Shown piece by piece: positions 38,920 to 51,589 of a DNA stretch of 64,000 nt. The notes beneath the pieces are model-generated. The model did no database searches. It had not been told where the DNA came from and worked only from the letters and a program-made list of their open reading frames with translations. The translations under genes and the position numbers were made by a program. Origin of the DNA: Lama guanicoe. Lineage: Eukaryota. Every line of letters begins with the position of its first letter. Position 1 is the stretch's first letter. The DNA is taken from assembly GCA_013239625.1 (NCBI GenBank), contig MU053561.1:1469520-1533519 (forward strand), given 5' to 3'.

Positions 38920-39240
38920 AGAGTCCTTCATCCCAGAGGGTTCCCAAATATTTTGCAAGCTGATACTTTGTCCAAGCTGTGCATAAGCCTCTTGCTTCAT
39001 CTACCACTGGAACCCATGCACAGCACCTCGGTGGTGGAATGCAGCAGCTGTTCTGTAGCCACACCACAATCCCATGGACCTCAGTTTGGGACAGGAAGCC
39101 AAGAGGAATACCATATCCAATTGAAAGGACAGAGGGGAATTCAGGAGGTAAAATTCACTGAGCCAGACTTGGAAGTTGGCCAGGACACCTGGCTAACACC
39201 CTTCCTTTCCCCAGAAAGCCTGGGTCCTGGTGACCACCAA
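38920..39240 (-). mobile_element. AmnSINE1-like (DeuSINE) ancient SINE
   Basis: Colinear with the recalled reverse AmnSINE1 consensus: 'cacctcggtggtggaatgcagcagctgtt', 'cagtttgggacaggaag..aagaggaataccatatccaattgaaa', 'ggggaattcagg', 'ttggaagttggccaggacacctggctaacaccc', 'tgaccac'. Confidence 0.8.
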
Positions 39241-39744
39241 CAGCCTGCCTCTAGCTCCACTGGCCCCCAGACACCAAGCAGTGTCCTCCTACGACTAACT
39301 CTAAACTCAAAATAACATGGGGGGGTAACAGTAAAATATTGTAAAAACTAAGGGCAACTCTCTCCACACCTGCTGAGCTTAGCTAATGTCACCTTAGGAG
39401 GAACAGGAAAATCACTGAGGTCTAGTGAAGGTGTGAAAAATGACCAAAGTGTCTAATCTTATTTCCTTCATGACATTAGAGAGACACCCAGATCTGAGGA
39501 AGTATCCAGTGTTTGGAGCTGAGAATATGGATCACAGCCAGAGAAGTGGTTTAGGGTCATGATGTCAGCCTTGAAGACTGTGTTTAAGTATAAGTAACAG
39601 ACCAGTGATTTCACCCCAAAACAAAGAGATGAGTCTGTACGGGTATGTTTGAAGACATATTCAGTTCAACAACAGTAAAAGCAGTATAACAACAACTGCT
39701 CTTCACCGCTCCTCAGACTATGGCTGTGATGATGATGGTGATTT

Positions 39745-39970
39745 TTAACAACATTACCGTCTATGAGGTACTCTGTCAGCCACTTCACGTGAATTCTCAT
39801 GTAGTCCTCCCCATAACTGTGAGATAAGTACCATCGTTATCCGCATTTTACACGAGCAAACTGAAGAACAAAGAGATTAAGTAATTTGTTCAGGATCATG
39901 CAAATAGTAAGTGGTGGCACCGGAAAGTGAACTGAGCCAGACCAGCCACTGTACATGCTGTCACTATACC
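39745..39970 (-). mobile_element. MIR SINE
   Basis: 'ttatccgcattttacacgagcaaactgaagaacaaagagattaagtaatttg'. Confidence 0.75.
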
Positions 39971-40603
39971 TTGTGTGATCCTCCCCTCATCGCTCTATAT
40001 TGGTCAAAAACAAAGGGGTGGGGGGACAGTGATCCAGGAGATATTACAAGAGTCATATGCTTTGCTGCCCCAGAGAGAGGTACCATACACAGAGTACAAA
40101 AGATAAAAACAGTTTTAACTGAGAACCTGTAGGGTCACTTACTCCTTTCACAAACATTTATTGAACATCCACAAAGTACCTGATGCTGTGCTGGAGATAA
40201 TGGGGAAGAAGATAGATAAGGTTTGGGGTTTGCAGGGAATTACGGGTTGGTGACCATCCATAGTGTCCCTCCCTCACATCCTTCAGCAGCTTTCTTCCGA
40301 GGAGCTTTTGAAGCAAACCTACTGTAATACCGAAAAAGCAATTTCTAGAATGAAATTTATGACTATGTTTTGAATTGTCTACTCAGTTATTTCCTTGGGA
40401 ACCATGAGTTACTTTCCTCAATGAAAGCTCCTTATGATGTACCTATACGTAATACTTTATAAAACATCTTCTGGGAAAATAAAAAGTAACATGAGAAAGT
40501 ACTTGAGCATTTACTGACTTGGATGGGAACAGTATAATTCACATAGAAGCATGTATAATGTGCTTAGTAGGTTTATTACCTCTTCCAAATGACATTTGCC
40601 TTT

Positions 40604-41160
40604 TGTAATGATTAATTTTACATGTCCACTTGGCTGTGCCATGGCACCTAGATATTTGGTCAAACATTATTCTAGATGTCTGTGAAAATATTTTTAGATG
40701 ATACTAACATTTCAGTAAGTAGGCTTTGAATAAAGCAGATTACCCTCCGTAATGTGGGAAGGCCTCACCCAATTGGTTGAAGGCCTTAATAGAAAAAAAA
40801 AAAACTTACCTCTCCCAAGGAAGAAGGAAATTTGCCAACAGATTGCCTATGAACTGTAGCCCCAACGTCAGTTCTTCCCTGGGTTTTCAGCCTGCTGGAC
40901 TACCTTGCATTTTTTGGGCTTGGTAACCTCTACAATGATGTAAACAAATTCCTTAATATAGATACATAGATCTCTTCACTCTCTCTCTCTGTCTATCTCT
41001 ATATATACATATACACACATACACACATATATACATGTATATATATATATCCCTTAATCTCTGTCTTTCTCCATCTTTGCCTCTTTTTCCACACTCACAC
41101 ACATGCACACACACACACACTCTGCTGGTTCCATTTCTCTGGAGAATCCTGACTAATATA
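40604..41160 (+). mobile_element. MLT2-like ERVL solo LTR with internal (CT)/(TA)/(CA) tracts
   Basis: Starts 'tgtaatgattaattttacatgtccacttggctg', ends 'ttctctggagaatcctgactaatata'. Confidence 0.9.
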
Positions 41161-41699
41161 GCTTATAATAGCTACTAACTATCTTCCTCCCTTCCACCTC
41201 TCCCCTGAAGAGCTTTGTGTCACAGTTTGAGGCAGCGGAGCAAGCTAACCAAGGATCTCTTCACTTAGGAGCCCTTCTTGAATGACCCTTAAAAGGCTAC
41301 TGCATAGTTTGGTCAGACCAGCCTTGAAGTACTCTGAGGCTACATGGAAGGCAGAAGGAAGTGTGAGAAACAACTGAGGGGCCACTAGCTTAAGCAAGTC
41401 CCAAGGTGAATGGAAATCTTAAGTCCTATTTCAAGGCTGCAAGAGTATATGAGGCAGGCTCCAATGTAAGTGAGCAGCTGGAAGTTTAGAATTGGGAGAT
41501 GGGGAATGGCTTGGATATCAGGCTATAATGCAGACTTTGAAGGCATCGTTTGGTGAAGCAGGCTGGAGGAAGTGTCAAGTTTAGGCCAATGGCTGGCTTT
41601 GCCAGGTAAACTGGGAAGTGCTCACTCTCTGGGTGCATGAAGACAAGACCTTCTATTGGCTTCTCTTATTTCTAATCAGTGTTTTTTAAACTGAATCAT

Positions 41700-42200
41700 A
41701 ACTAGGGCCACTTCTAGCAGCTGTGTGAATAATTGGCTTTAAGGGAATAAGAGTGAGGGCGGAAAGATGATACAGGAGCTACTGCAGTCATCTAGATAAG
41801 AAGTGATGGTCGCGTGGAACCAGGCTGCGGTGTTTGAGATGGTGAGGGGTGGATGGAGTCAGGAAATACTTGGAAGGCAAAGCAGTTAGACTTGCTGATG
41901 GGTTAGAAATAGAATGTGAAGGGAAATGGGAAGTTAAGTATGACTTCGGGGTTCAGGGCCTGAGTAGGTAAATGATGCGATTTACTGAGATGGGGAGGAC
42001 TGGGAGAGAAATAGTTTTGAGGAAAAAACCAACAATGCTATTTTGAACATGCCATTTTGAAATATGTATTAGAAGTAGAAATATCAAACAGCAATGTATA
42101 TTGTTCGAGCTGAGGGAAGAGGTCAAGGCTGGAGGTATGAAATTAAAAATCCTTAGTTTACTGTTGTTACTCCCCAGTTGTGGGATTGGACATGATCACC
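41700..42200 (-). mobile_element. L2 LINE fragment
   Basis: 'ggagctactgcagtcatctagataagaagtgatggt...gacttgctgatgggttag...tttactgagatggggaggactgg'. Confidence 0.75.
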
Positions 42201-42214
42201 TGAGCTGCTCAGCA

Positions 42215-42390
42215 TTAGCTGCACAGGAAAATGTTCTGAAGACGTTTAAAGAACTGTTGTTGTCCTGGGACCTATCCAGAGTCAGTCAAGAAAGCAGAAT
42301 CTCTGATCTAAGGCACTGTTCCCATTATTTGTTATTTGTTTAAGTTCTCCCTAATGATTCTAATGAGCAAGCATGGTTCAGGATCACTCA
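42215..42390. mobile_element. MER5-like hAT DNA transposon relic
   Basis: 'gcagaatctctg...taagttctccctaatgattctaatgagcaagcatggttcaggatcact'. Confidence 0.6.
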
Positions 42391-42579
42391 ATAAGTGTAG
42401 GAAAGGAAGACAAAAGTCCAAATATGTTTGGAGCAAGGTGTGGGGAGGATGTTATAAGAATAGGAATAAAGAGTTTTAAGGTGGAAATATGAAATTTTGT
42501 TTGTGATTATTCAAAGACACTAACAAACTCAGAGAATATTTAAGAAATGAAAAGTACTTTTTTCCCAGACTTTTTCTAC

Positions 42580-43905
42580 AGACTCCTTTGCCTCTGCATT
42601 TGCCAATACCTGTTTCTCCCAGGGCTCTGCCCTCTGTCCTCTTCCATTCACACTGTACAGACAACTCCTGTCACGGCATCCACACTGTTTCAAACACCAA
42701 AGGCAGGCAGTGTTACCCAGTCTAAACTTTCAGACCAAATCTTTCTTCCTGATCCCTAGAATCGCATATCTAACTGCTACTAGACTTCTCTATCTGAATA
42801 TCCTCCAGATACTCATACTCCGCTGTCAGGACTGATGTAAGAAAGGAGGTAGTCTTTCCCCCAAAGCCTCTCTTCCTCTGCTGTGGCTCTGGCATCTGGG
42901 TGTCCACCCAAGGCAGAAATGCGGGAATCAGCCTAGATCCTTTCTTCTCTCTTACCTGCTTAGCTCATCAACCAAAAAGTTTATATTCATCCTTCTCTTA
43001 ACTCTCTCTCTCTTTCTTTTCTTGATATCTTCTATGAATTTACATGTTAATTTATAAGTGAAAACCATATTTTATATTGTTTTTTTCTCCTTAAAATGCT
43101 TATTTATATAATTTTCAGTGTCAGGAAATATATGATCATTTATTCAATCGATCAGGATGAGCACTTAGAATATTACTGATTGCCTTCCCTTTTCCATTGT
43201 TCTTATATAAAATGTTTTTTCTTTCCAGTTTTCTTTTTTCCATCCTTGAGTCAGATCCTCCTCATTTCTCCCTTATTTACACTCCCTCCAGCCCTGTCCC
43301 ATTCTGCTCTATCCTTGACAAGACTGTACCTCAAAAAGAAAAATATCTGATGCCTTGATCAAAAATCTTCAGTCACACCCTAGTGCCTATAAGACCACGT
43401 CTAAACTCCTTAACATGGTGTCATCTTTTCTTGTCTGGCCTCTGGTCGCCTCCTTGTTTTAGCCTGATTTTTTGTCATTCCACCACCTTCTCCAGACACA
43501 TTTTCAGCCTCAGACATAGTGAGTTACTTGCAGTCCCTCCAGCGATGCCCTGGCTCTGGCACATCTCTTAAGACTCTGCAAGTGGTTTCCTCTGCCACAA
43601 CAGCCCCCTGCTTTTCTACCTCTAGCCAAGCTCTGTTCAGGCTTCATGGTCAGCTCCTGTGTGAAACCTTCTGGACTCCTCCAAGGGCCTCCTTCTCCTA
43701 ACGTGCTGTCTTACATTTTGTAGCTCTATTACCTTGTATGTTACTAGTTTATCTATTATTTTTCCCCCCAAATTAAATAAGCTTCAGATCCCACAAAACC
43801 TGACAGGGTCCATATCTTTTTCATCTTCATACCCAAATAAGCTAGCCTGGTGTCTTGTACATATAAGATGGTTGGCACGTATTTGTTGAGTGTTAAATGA
43901 ATTAA
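42580..43905 (+). mobile_element. L2 LINE 3' region, interrupted
   Basis: 'catatctaactgctactagacttctctatctgaatatcc' and tail 'ctagcctggtgtcttgtacatataag...tatttgttgagtgttaaatgaa'. Confidence 0.7.
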
Positions 43906-43944
43906 TCAAATTGAAAATTTTATTGTATTGGAAGAGAGAACTCA

Positions 43945-44150
43945 GCATGGCGTAATAAAAACATGGACTTTGGAACTGGAGAAATACGAGTTTGGGTTAG
44001 GGCTCTGCCACTTTCTAGGTACGTGGTTTTGAGAACTGTTGTTAGGCTTACTTATAAAATGAGGCTAGCAATAGTACTTAACTTACAGAAATACTCCTGA
44101 CAATACTCTTCAGCATTCTGAGTTACATATGTAAGACTCAATAATTGTTA
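43945..44150 (+). mobile_element. MIR SINE
   Basis: 'gcatggcgtaataaaaacatggactttggaac...ggctctgccactttctaggtacgtg'. Confidence 0.7.
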
Positions 44151-44283
44151 GAATTTATTTACATTACATTACAATTATTGGAAAAGGATTAGCCAAATAA
44201 CTAAATATTGTATATCAAATGTCTGGACTTGCGAGATGGCTTTAGCTATCATAATATGATATTTCTAATAAAAAATGAGAATG

Positions 44284-44495
44284 ATTTTTTATTGACATAT
44301 AGTCAGTTTACAGTGTGTCAGTTTCTGGTGTATAGCATAGTGTTTCGGTCATACATATACATACGTATATTCGTTTTCATATTCTTTTTCATTATAGGTT
44401 ATTACAAAATATTGAATATAGTTCCCTGTGCTACACAGAATAAACTTGTTGTTTATCTGTTTTACATATAGTAGTTAGCATTTGCAAATCTCAAG
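44284..44495 (-). mobile_element. Young L1 3' terminus
   Basis: 'ttttttattgacatatagtcagtttacagtgtgtcagtttctggtgtatagc'; same family tail as 8020-8217. Confidence 0.9.
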
Positions 44496-45924
44496 CTTTT
44501 TTTCCACCTGACTTTGTAGACTCTCTCAGTATTTTCTAAATGCTGAGAATGGCTGTGGCTTTCTCAGTGTTTCTCACTGTTAATCCCAAGGTTAGAACAT
44601 TGCCTACCATGAAAATTTAATGAATACTAACTGGTGATTGTGGTCAACATAGAAATTAATAGAAAATTGTGGGTAAAAACTCAGTCCATAAAGATGCCTT
44701 TCTGTATCAGTCATGCCATGTTCCTGTGTCTCAAACGGATAATTGCATTTAATAGCAATTAGCATTTGTTCTGTCACTAATTGAGTTTGTTCTGTTTCTA
44801 CCACAAATAATATTTCACTGAAGTACATGTTCAGACAAAAATCATTTTCCCTAAACCTAGCAGCTTTACTTGTCTAAGACACTCAGTACTGATTATTTGC
44901 AACCTTAGACTCCAAAGACAAACTGCGCAGAGTAAGTAAATAAACCAGAGCTTCCAGCCATTTTGTAGTTAGGAGCTGCAGGTGTGCTGACACTTCCATT
45001 GTCATTTTCTCTGTGTGTCTTGATATGAAGAGGAGTGAGAAGCACTAGTGTAGATAGAGGCCTAATTTGCTAATTTTCACAGTTCTGTCCTGTCTGTTTT
45101 GGCCCCTTATAGTACCTGCTCCCAAGTTGTGTACGAATGGTTGGCCTCAATGGGAATCTGACGTTTTTAGCTTCTGAGCTAGTCCTGTTTATCTGTGTGA
45201 CTCACTCTGTCCGTTGCATTCCTGCCTTCATCTTCTAAATCCATTCATTGCTTATCAATCCAGTTGTTCTTGAACACTGTATCTTTAAGTATCAAGCTCT
45301 TGGTACCCCCATCCCTGGCTAAATGTACACATTTATACAGTTTAGACATTCTTTTCTTGTATTTGTCCTGCAAGAAGTAACTTAGGTCATAGTTAGCCCT
45401 CAGGGAAGAATCCAAGAAATGTTTCTTCTCACATCATTCACCTATTTGTTTTGTCATACCAGAAATCAGAACAAGGAAGAATCTTTTTTCAGAATTCACC
45501 CCATGTGTATGATTTCCATACATTCTTTGTATGTCCAGTAGTCCATTCCACAAGCATATTTTGAATGTCACCATGTGTCAGGCACTAGGCAAGACTCTTA
45601 GTAGAAAAATGGATACCATCATGTTCCTGGCCTGGGAAATGTTTAAATTTTTGAAGATATAGACATGTACATTAAAAAAACTATCTTGAAAAGGAAAAAT
45701 AGACACGTGAGCGACTGGTGCTAATTATTTCCTTCAAAGTCTTCATATACTAAACATGTATTTTTTAAAAATGGAATCACTGCTGCCAGTATTCATTTTC
45801 ATTCTCTAGTTGAGAAATTCCCAAACAGCTCAAGGGAAAACAAAGGAAACAGCCGAATCAGACATATCTCTGATAAAATCACCTCATCCAGCCTGCTGTC
45901 ACAACTAGACGATGGTGCCACTTA

Positions 45925-45953
45925 GTGCTCGCTTGGGCAGCACATACATTAAA
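45925..45953 (+). pseudogene. RNU6: 3'-truncated (tailless) U6 snRNA retrocopy
   Basis: gtgctcgcttgggcagcacatacattaaa matches U6 nt 1-29 (GTGCTCGCTTCGGCAGCACATATACTAAA) at 26/29; 13-bp TSD gatggtgccactt at 45911-45923 and 45954-45966. Confidence 0.92.
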
Positions 45954-47659
45954 GATGGTGCCACTTCCTAAATTCTGCGCTTAATATGTGTCTTCTTATC
46001 TTAAAAGATCTTAATTGTTGTCTCATTTGACATGCATCCTGTCTCTCCTGTCCCCAGCTCCACCTCACCTTGTCAGGCTGCTCCTGCTTCGTCTTGGTTG
46101 TGCTTCCATTACAGTACTTACTACACAGTCTTATAGACGGATGGCCGTGGGTCAGCAGTAGGAACAAAGTGGGAACTGCCTTTAGACTTGGTTGCAAAGG
46201 TGGAATTGCTCCCTTCCATTCCTAAAACTTCCATGCATTCATTTATTTAAAGACTTAGATAAGTTATTCTCTGTGAATCAATCCAGTTTTAACTCACTTT
46301 CAAGTGACATCTCCAGCAAACACTTCAGAGGCACAAGGATCTTCATGGGTCTGCTTAAGATTATTCACAATGTAAAAGAAAAGATTACACAAAGTCATGT
46401 TGTCATCTTTGGGGGTTGTACCCAAACTAGGCACAGTAAGCCAGCTCAAAATTATTGCAACATACTCCCTGTTCCTCTTTTGAAAGATAAAAGTTAGCTG
46501 TCTAATGCTGTAGCAGCATGAACATTTTTACTTCAGACGACTCTGGCAAAATGACACAAGCCAAAGATACAAACCAAAAAGGTGGAACTGATTTTAGACT
46601 GCATTTACCGTATCAAAGAAATTTTCTGCTCCTTGAAAAACATCATGCCAAAAATATTTTAAATTTATCAGCCAAAGGCTGAGGATCCCCTAGTGTGTGG
46701 TAGCTGTGTTTTCACGGCCAGGTGTATCTTGAGAATTTATGCGTCAGAGGATTAGAAAAGATGCAAAAACGAAAAGTAAATGATGGACGTAAAGTAATTT
46801 TCAAATTGAATCTCCATTCACGGTGTGCACCCTCGGTCGGCTTGAAGAGCTGGTGAAATAAGTCAGCCTGCCAGTCCATGTGGTCTGACAGAGGGAAGGG
46901 ATGCTGGAGCCTACACAGCAGTTTTCACAGGACTCCAGCAGCAAGCCACCCAGAACATTCAGCCAGGCAGACCCTAGCTAAGTGAGTGTGTGCAGTGTTA
47001 ATAATCCATTTAACTACATTCTGCTCAGTGTGCTTGGGAAGAATGTGTGTGGAGGAACAGCATGGAGTCAGTAGGCGAGAAGGCAAGCAGACAGTTGGAT
47101 GTGACAGGAAAGGTGCTAGAATGGAGCTGGGGAGTGATGCAGGAGGGGCACAGAGGGAAGGGACCGCTAACTCTGGAGGCTCATGAAACTGTTCAGAGGT
47201 GGTGTTTCTTGGGGAAAAAAGAAAAACATGTAAGTTTTCCAAGCAGGTTAAGGAGCATGAAAAGGACTAGTGTCCATTTCTAGTAATAGTAATGATGGCA
47301 GATACAACAAGAGACCTTTTAGGTTAAACCATAAGAAATAGCTTCTATTCAACCATTTTTGTCTTACAATAACTTGGATTCTGAGAATGAAGAATCTGGT
47401 AGGGTCTTACTATAGAAATGTTAGGCTTTATCCTATGGGAAATGGGGAGCAGACTAAAGCTTTTAAGTCAGAATGGCATGCATGGATTTGTTTTATAGTA
47501 AGATAACTCTGGAGGGGATAGTACAGTAGGAAGAAGCTGATGGCAGGAAGGCCAGTGAGGAGGCAATCCAGGCATGAGGTCATGACAGCCTAAACAGGGG
47601 CAGGAGATAGAGGCAAAGACAGTAACAGAGGCAGAGTGAGCTGATAGGACTTAAGTAAC

Positions 47660-47985
47660 TGTGTCTTCCTCTGCTCTGCTTTTTATTGCAAGGAACTATC
47701 TTCCCTTCCTGGTCTCATCTGCTGAATAGCTTCCATATGGGCTTGGCCAAGCAGAGGCACTGGAGGAAAACTGGAGACTGAGAGGAGGAGGAAGCCAGAG
47801 TTGTCCCATTGTCCTTCTAGCCCTTGGGATGATAGTGGCTTCCTGTTCTTGTTTTATGTCCCTGTTTTGCTTCTCAGCTCTTCCATTTCCTACTTAAACC
47901 AATTTCCTGAATTACAGCCTCTCTGTTAGATGCAACTAGAGTGGTGTCTGTTTTCCTGACTAGACAATAGGAGAATTAATACAAA
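47660..47985 (+). mobile_element. LTR33-like fragment
   Basis: 'gggcttggccaagcagaggcactggagg...gaggaagccagag...gtgtctgttttcctgactagac'. Confidence 0.55.
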
Positions 47986-48015
47986 AGAGAGAAACAATAC
48001 AAAGGAGAATGTAAG

Positions 48016-48070
48016 AATTAATGACCATGGAAAAAGAATCAATGACCATGGAAAAAAATCAATGACCATG
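48016..48070. repeat. Short tandem repeat, ~20-21-bp unit x ~2.7
   Basis: aat(t/c)aatgaccatg occurs three times, separated by A-rich spacers. Confidence 0.9.
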
Positions 48071-48147
48071 AATATGGAGATACTGGAAAGAGTGGTAGTG
48101 AGGACAGCTCTGTCACTTTGAAGTTATGGGACTAAGTAAGAGAAATA

Positions 48148-48345
48148 ATACCAGCAAACACTCGTTGAGAGAACGTGCCAGGAACCATTCTAAATGCTTT
48201 ACATATAGTAACTCATTTAACCCTTACAGCACCTCCATGAGGTAGTAACTTAGTATTATGCAATTTTACAAATTAGAAAAACTGAGGCCTAGGGGATTTA
48301 AGCAGTTTATCCACACTCACAAAGTAGTAAATGACAGAAAGCCTA
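48148..48345 (-). mobile_element. MIR SINE
   Basis: 'ttctaaatgctttacatatagtaactcatttaacccttacagcacctccatgaggtag...aaactgaggc'. Confidence 0.8.
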
Positions 48346-49134
48346 GCGGCCAGTAACCTAGAGAGGGGATGGAGGGGAAGAGTCAGACAGTGAGCTCATA
48401 TCTGGGCATGTGGTGTGCAAGGTACTGACCAAACAGCCAAGACTGGATGTACCGTGGTCAGAAATATCGTCTATCATTTAAGACAGGTTAAAGCTGGAGG
48501 TGTGAGTCATTGTATATCTAAGTGTCGAAGCTACAGAATGTCATATAGAAAAAGTAAAAAAAAAAATTAAAATTTTAGTAGTGAATGTTATTGTGTAAAT
48601 GAGGCAGATGAATTGGCCCAATCTCTTGTGGCTGTGGACAAAATGACTGCCATTAAGATGCTTCCCAAATTACCATGCTACGCTGCTATGATATAATCCC
48701 CAAATTTCCGTGTTGCATCACTAACTTGTCACCACTTAATAAATTAGAATGGGAGTTTCTTGGCAGCACAGACTGTATATATTTCAAACAGCTAACCAGA
48801 CAACAAGTATTTACTGAGCTCTTGGTCAATGGCTAGCCATATATTAGGTCCCGTAGGGGATTTAAGAGAAACCGAAGATACTCTCTCTTCCCTCAAGTAC
48901 TTCACGCAAGCAGATTTGTCAGATATTCTGCACCTCTGTCCTGTGACTTCCCTGGAAGCACTGCATACACTTGAGGCTCAGTCAATATTCAGAGAACAAG
49001 GAGGTGAATGAGATTTTTTCACATTTTAAAAAAAATCTCAATTTGATAGTAATTTAGGGCTCTTTAAAGATGTCTAAAACTTCCCTGCAGTTCTTAAGGA
49101 ACTTCTTTGTTGCAAAAGAGTTTAATTCATAAAA

Positions 49135-49800
49135 TGAGGTCATACATTTAATGCTTACTATGCATTCCTTGGATTAAGACAATGGGGATAAATCCTAGGG
49201 ACACAAAGAGGAATAAAACTTAGTCCCCTGAGAATGGCGCAGAATAAAAGTAATGATTATAAAGCAGCGTATAAAAAGCTGGAGCGGGGCTCCGCCAGAG
49301 GAGCACAAAAAACTGGCTGGCCTAACTCAGCCTGGACAGGGCTCTCAGGATGTGCCTACTAACAAAGATAGAACTGGAGCTAAATCTCAGGAGACAGACC
49401 AGAATTAACTGGAGAATAGGATAATGCATCCTGGACAGAAGTAAGCATGCTCGATGGGTGAAGGTGTTAGAGCGCTTGGGGCATCAGGGTAAGTCAGAGC
49501 GGCTGGAAAGAAAGGAGTAGGTGCAGGTGCCTCGCGTGGAGAGAGATCGGAGTTGAGGGGCCGTGTCAGTCACACGAAGGGGCTTGCATTATCCCCTGCA
49601 GCTGTGAGAGGAGCCGCTGAAGGATTTTAATTAAGATTTACTTCTAAATAAAATCAGACTGGTGGTGAAGGAGAATGTATTTGCTGGTGGTTGTGAGGGG
49701 AGGCAGAAGTGGAATGTGAGGCTGAGGCAGCACTTAGGAGGCAGTTGCAGAAAATCCAGGCTAGAAATTATGAGGGTAACTAATGTCTGTCTCAAATCAG
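49135..49800 (-). mobile_element. L2 LINE 3' fragment
   Basis: 'catacatttaatgcttactatg...gagccgctgaaggattttaa...ggaggcagttgcagaaaatccagg'. Confidence 0.6.
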
Positions 49801-50299
49801 CCAAGAAGCCCATTCACAGTGACCTTTGGTTGGGAAGTGTAAACAGAAGGAATTTATTTTCTCTATCTTTCTTTTTTAATGATTATTATTTAATGTAGGT
49901 TATAACCCTTCCTGGAACAGTTCACTAAGACCCCCGGAAAGAGGCAGCCATTAAAATTAAGCTGAGTGAGATGGAAAGTGGGGCTGTAAAAACTCCACCG
50001 CAGCCACCTGGAAACAGAAATGTTACGTTTGTGAGTCCTGGCAGGCTTCATGGGAAGGAACCCTGTACTTTCAGTTAAAAAAAGAAGAACCATGAGCTGG
50101 ATTCTTTTGATTTGGAGTTTTCAATTTTAACCTTAAAGTGAGACGAGTTAGGAGGGTAGGGACAGGATTGACATCTGTCTTTCCTAATTCTAGGAATATA
50201 AACTTTAAAACTCCTTTGTCTTCAGTAAACGCAATGAATGGTGGTAGAGTTGGGGAGAAATTTTCAAAGCCAATGATGTTAAAATACAATTTTTGAAAA

Positions 50300-50640
50300 G
50301 GTTAACTCATGACTCTCAGGCAAATACAATATGAACATGTGCCAAAGATTTTATTTAATGCATTGCTTAATGAGGGAGCCAGTAAGATCCTAAAATTGTT
50401 CTTCAGCCTGTTTGAGAATCTGAGTATATATGGGCAATGTAATAAATTAATGGGTTAGATACAAAGCTGGTTAATGTCCAGCAGGTCTGTAAACCTTTTA
50501 GTTGTGTGTTTTACCCGGCAACAATTATTTGCATCTCTACTGGGCAAAAATTTTCATCGTAACCCTTGCTCCTAAAGTGTTGTAAAGTAGACAGTCAATA
50601 GAAAGTCACACCCAGCACTTTTCTGAAAGAACATCCTGTA
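50300..50640 (-). mobile_element. Probable old LTR-type repeat, family uncertain
   Basis: 'aaatacaatatgaacatgtgccaaagattttattt...aatgagggagccagtaagat' is a motif I recall from eutherian repeats; minus-strand AATAAA lies ~55 nt from an LTR-like end. Confidence 0.45.
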
Positions 50641-51589
50641 ATTAGAGGCCTATCTCCAATTGTTAGATAATTTTCTGAGAACAGATAGAGCTTTTGGTGA
50701 GAATGAAACTTTACATCTAGCTGTCAGGAAACGACCAAGGACAACAAAGTCAGATTAGAACATAAAAATAGCATGATAACATCAGTAGAAAAGTGGGTTA
50801 AGAATATGAACTGACAAGTCAAAAAAGAAGAAATAAAAATGACAAATAGACATACAAAAAATGTTCACTCTCACAAAGTTTTTTAAAAATGATAGTTAAA
50901 ACAGCGGGGTATCCATTTTCCTCAACAAGTTAATAAAAGCAGAATTAGATGCTGTTATGCAGAGTTAGCAATAGTGTAGGGACGCAAACACTTCTGTGAT
51001 TAGCATACGGGAGTACAAGCTTGAGAGCGGCACTCTGGCTCATACTCCAGTCCTTTGGGCTCCTGTCTGCTGTAGATTGTGCTTCACATCCCTGCTCAGG
51101 AGCCGGGAAATGGCGAGGGTAGAACCCTGGGAACTCACCTCTGCCTGAACCTGCCGCTTGTGCCAGGGTTATCACTGTGCTACTCCCACGTCTGGTAAGG
51201 CAGAGGAAGTCAGATCTGTGCTGGTGGAGTTCCAAACTTTGTTTGTATGGGAAAGAAAAAAAAATCAGACTGAAAGAGGAAATAAATGTTTTGAAGGGGC
51301 CAAGCACATAAGCGATGTATTTTTGGAAAATACAGGGTACAGCTGAGGAATGCAGAAAGCTGAACTCTTGCCTTCGGTGTGCTTCGCTCCTTATTTCTCG
51401 CAGATAATAATATTTTCCTGACCAAATTGCGAAAGAAGTTGTTGCCACAGGCAACGATCCGCTAAGCATAGCGCTGGAGGAACCTGTTATTTCCCTTTAT
51501 GTTGAGTGCTGAGGATACCCAGTTGAGTAAGACATAGGCCTTTGAACCCAGAATGCTATGAAATCTGAAAGTGTCCGTGAATTTAAACA

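Noticed and set aside
39495..39560. Possible 5S-derived head of the AmnSINE1-like element
   Set aside because: Only a short motif (gatcacagcc...gtggt) resembles it, which is too weak to extend the boundary.
48016..48070. Short direct repeats as a CRISPR-like array
   Set aside because: Eukaryotic context, no unique spacers and no cas genes; this is an ordinary tandem repeat.
50945..51469. Longest ORF in the window (174 aa, minus strand)
   Set aside because: No recognisable domain; it runs through a T-tract and into L1-like sequence, and its length is compatible with chance.
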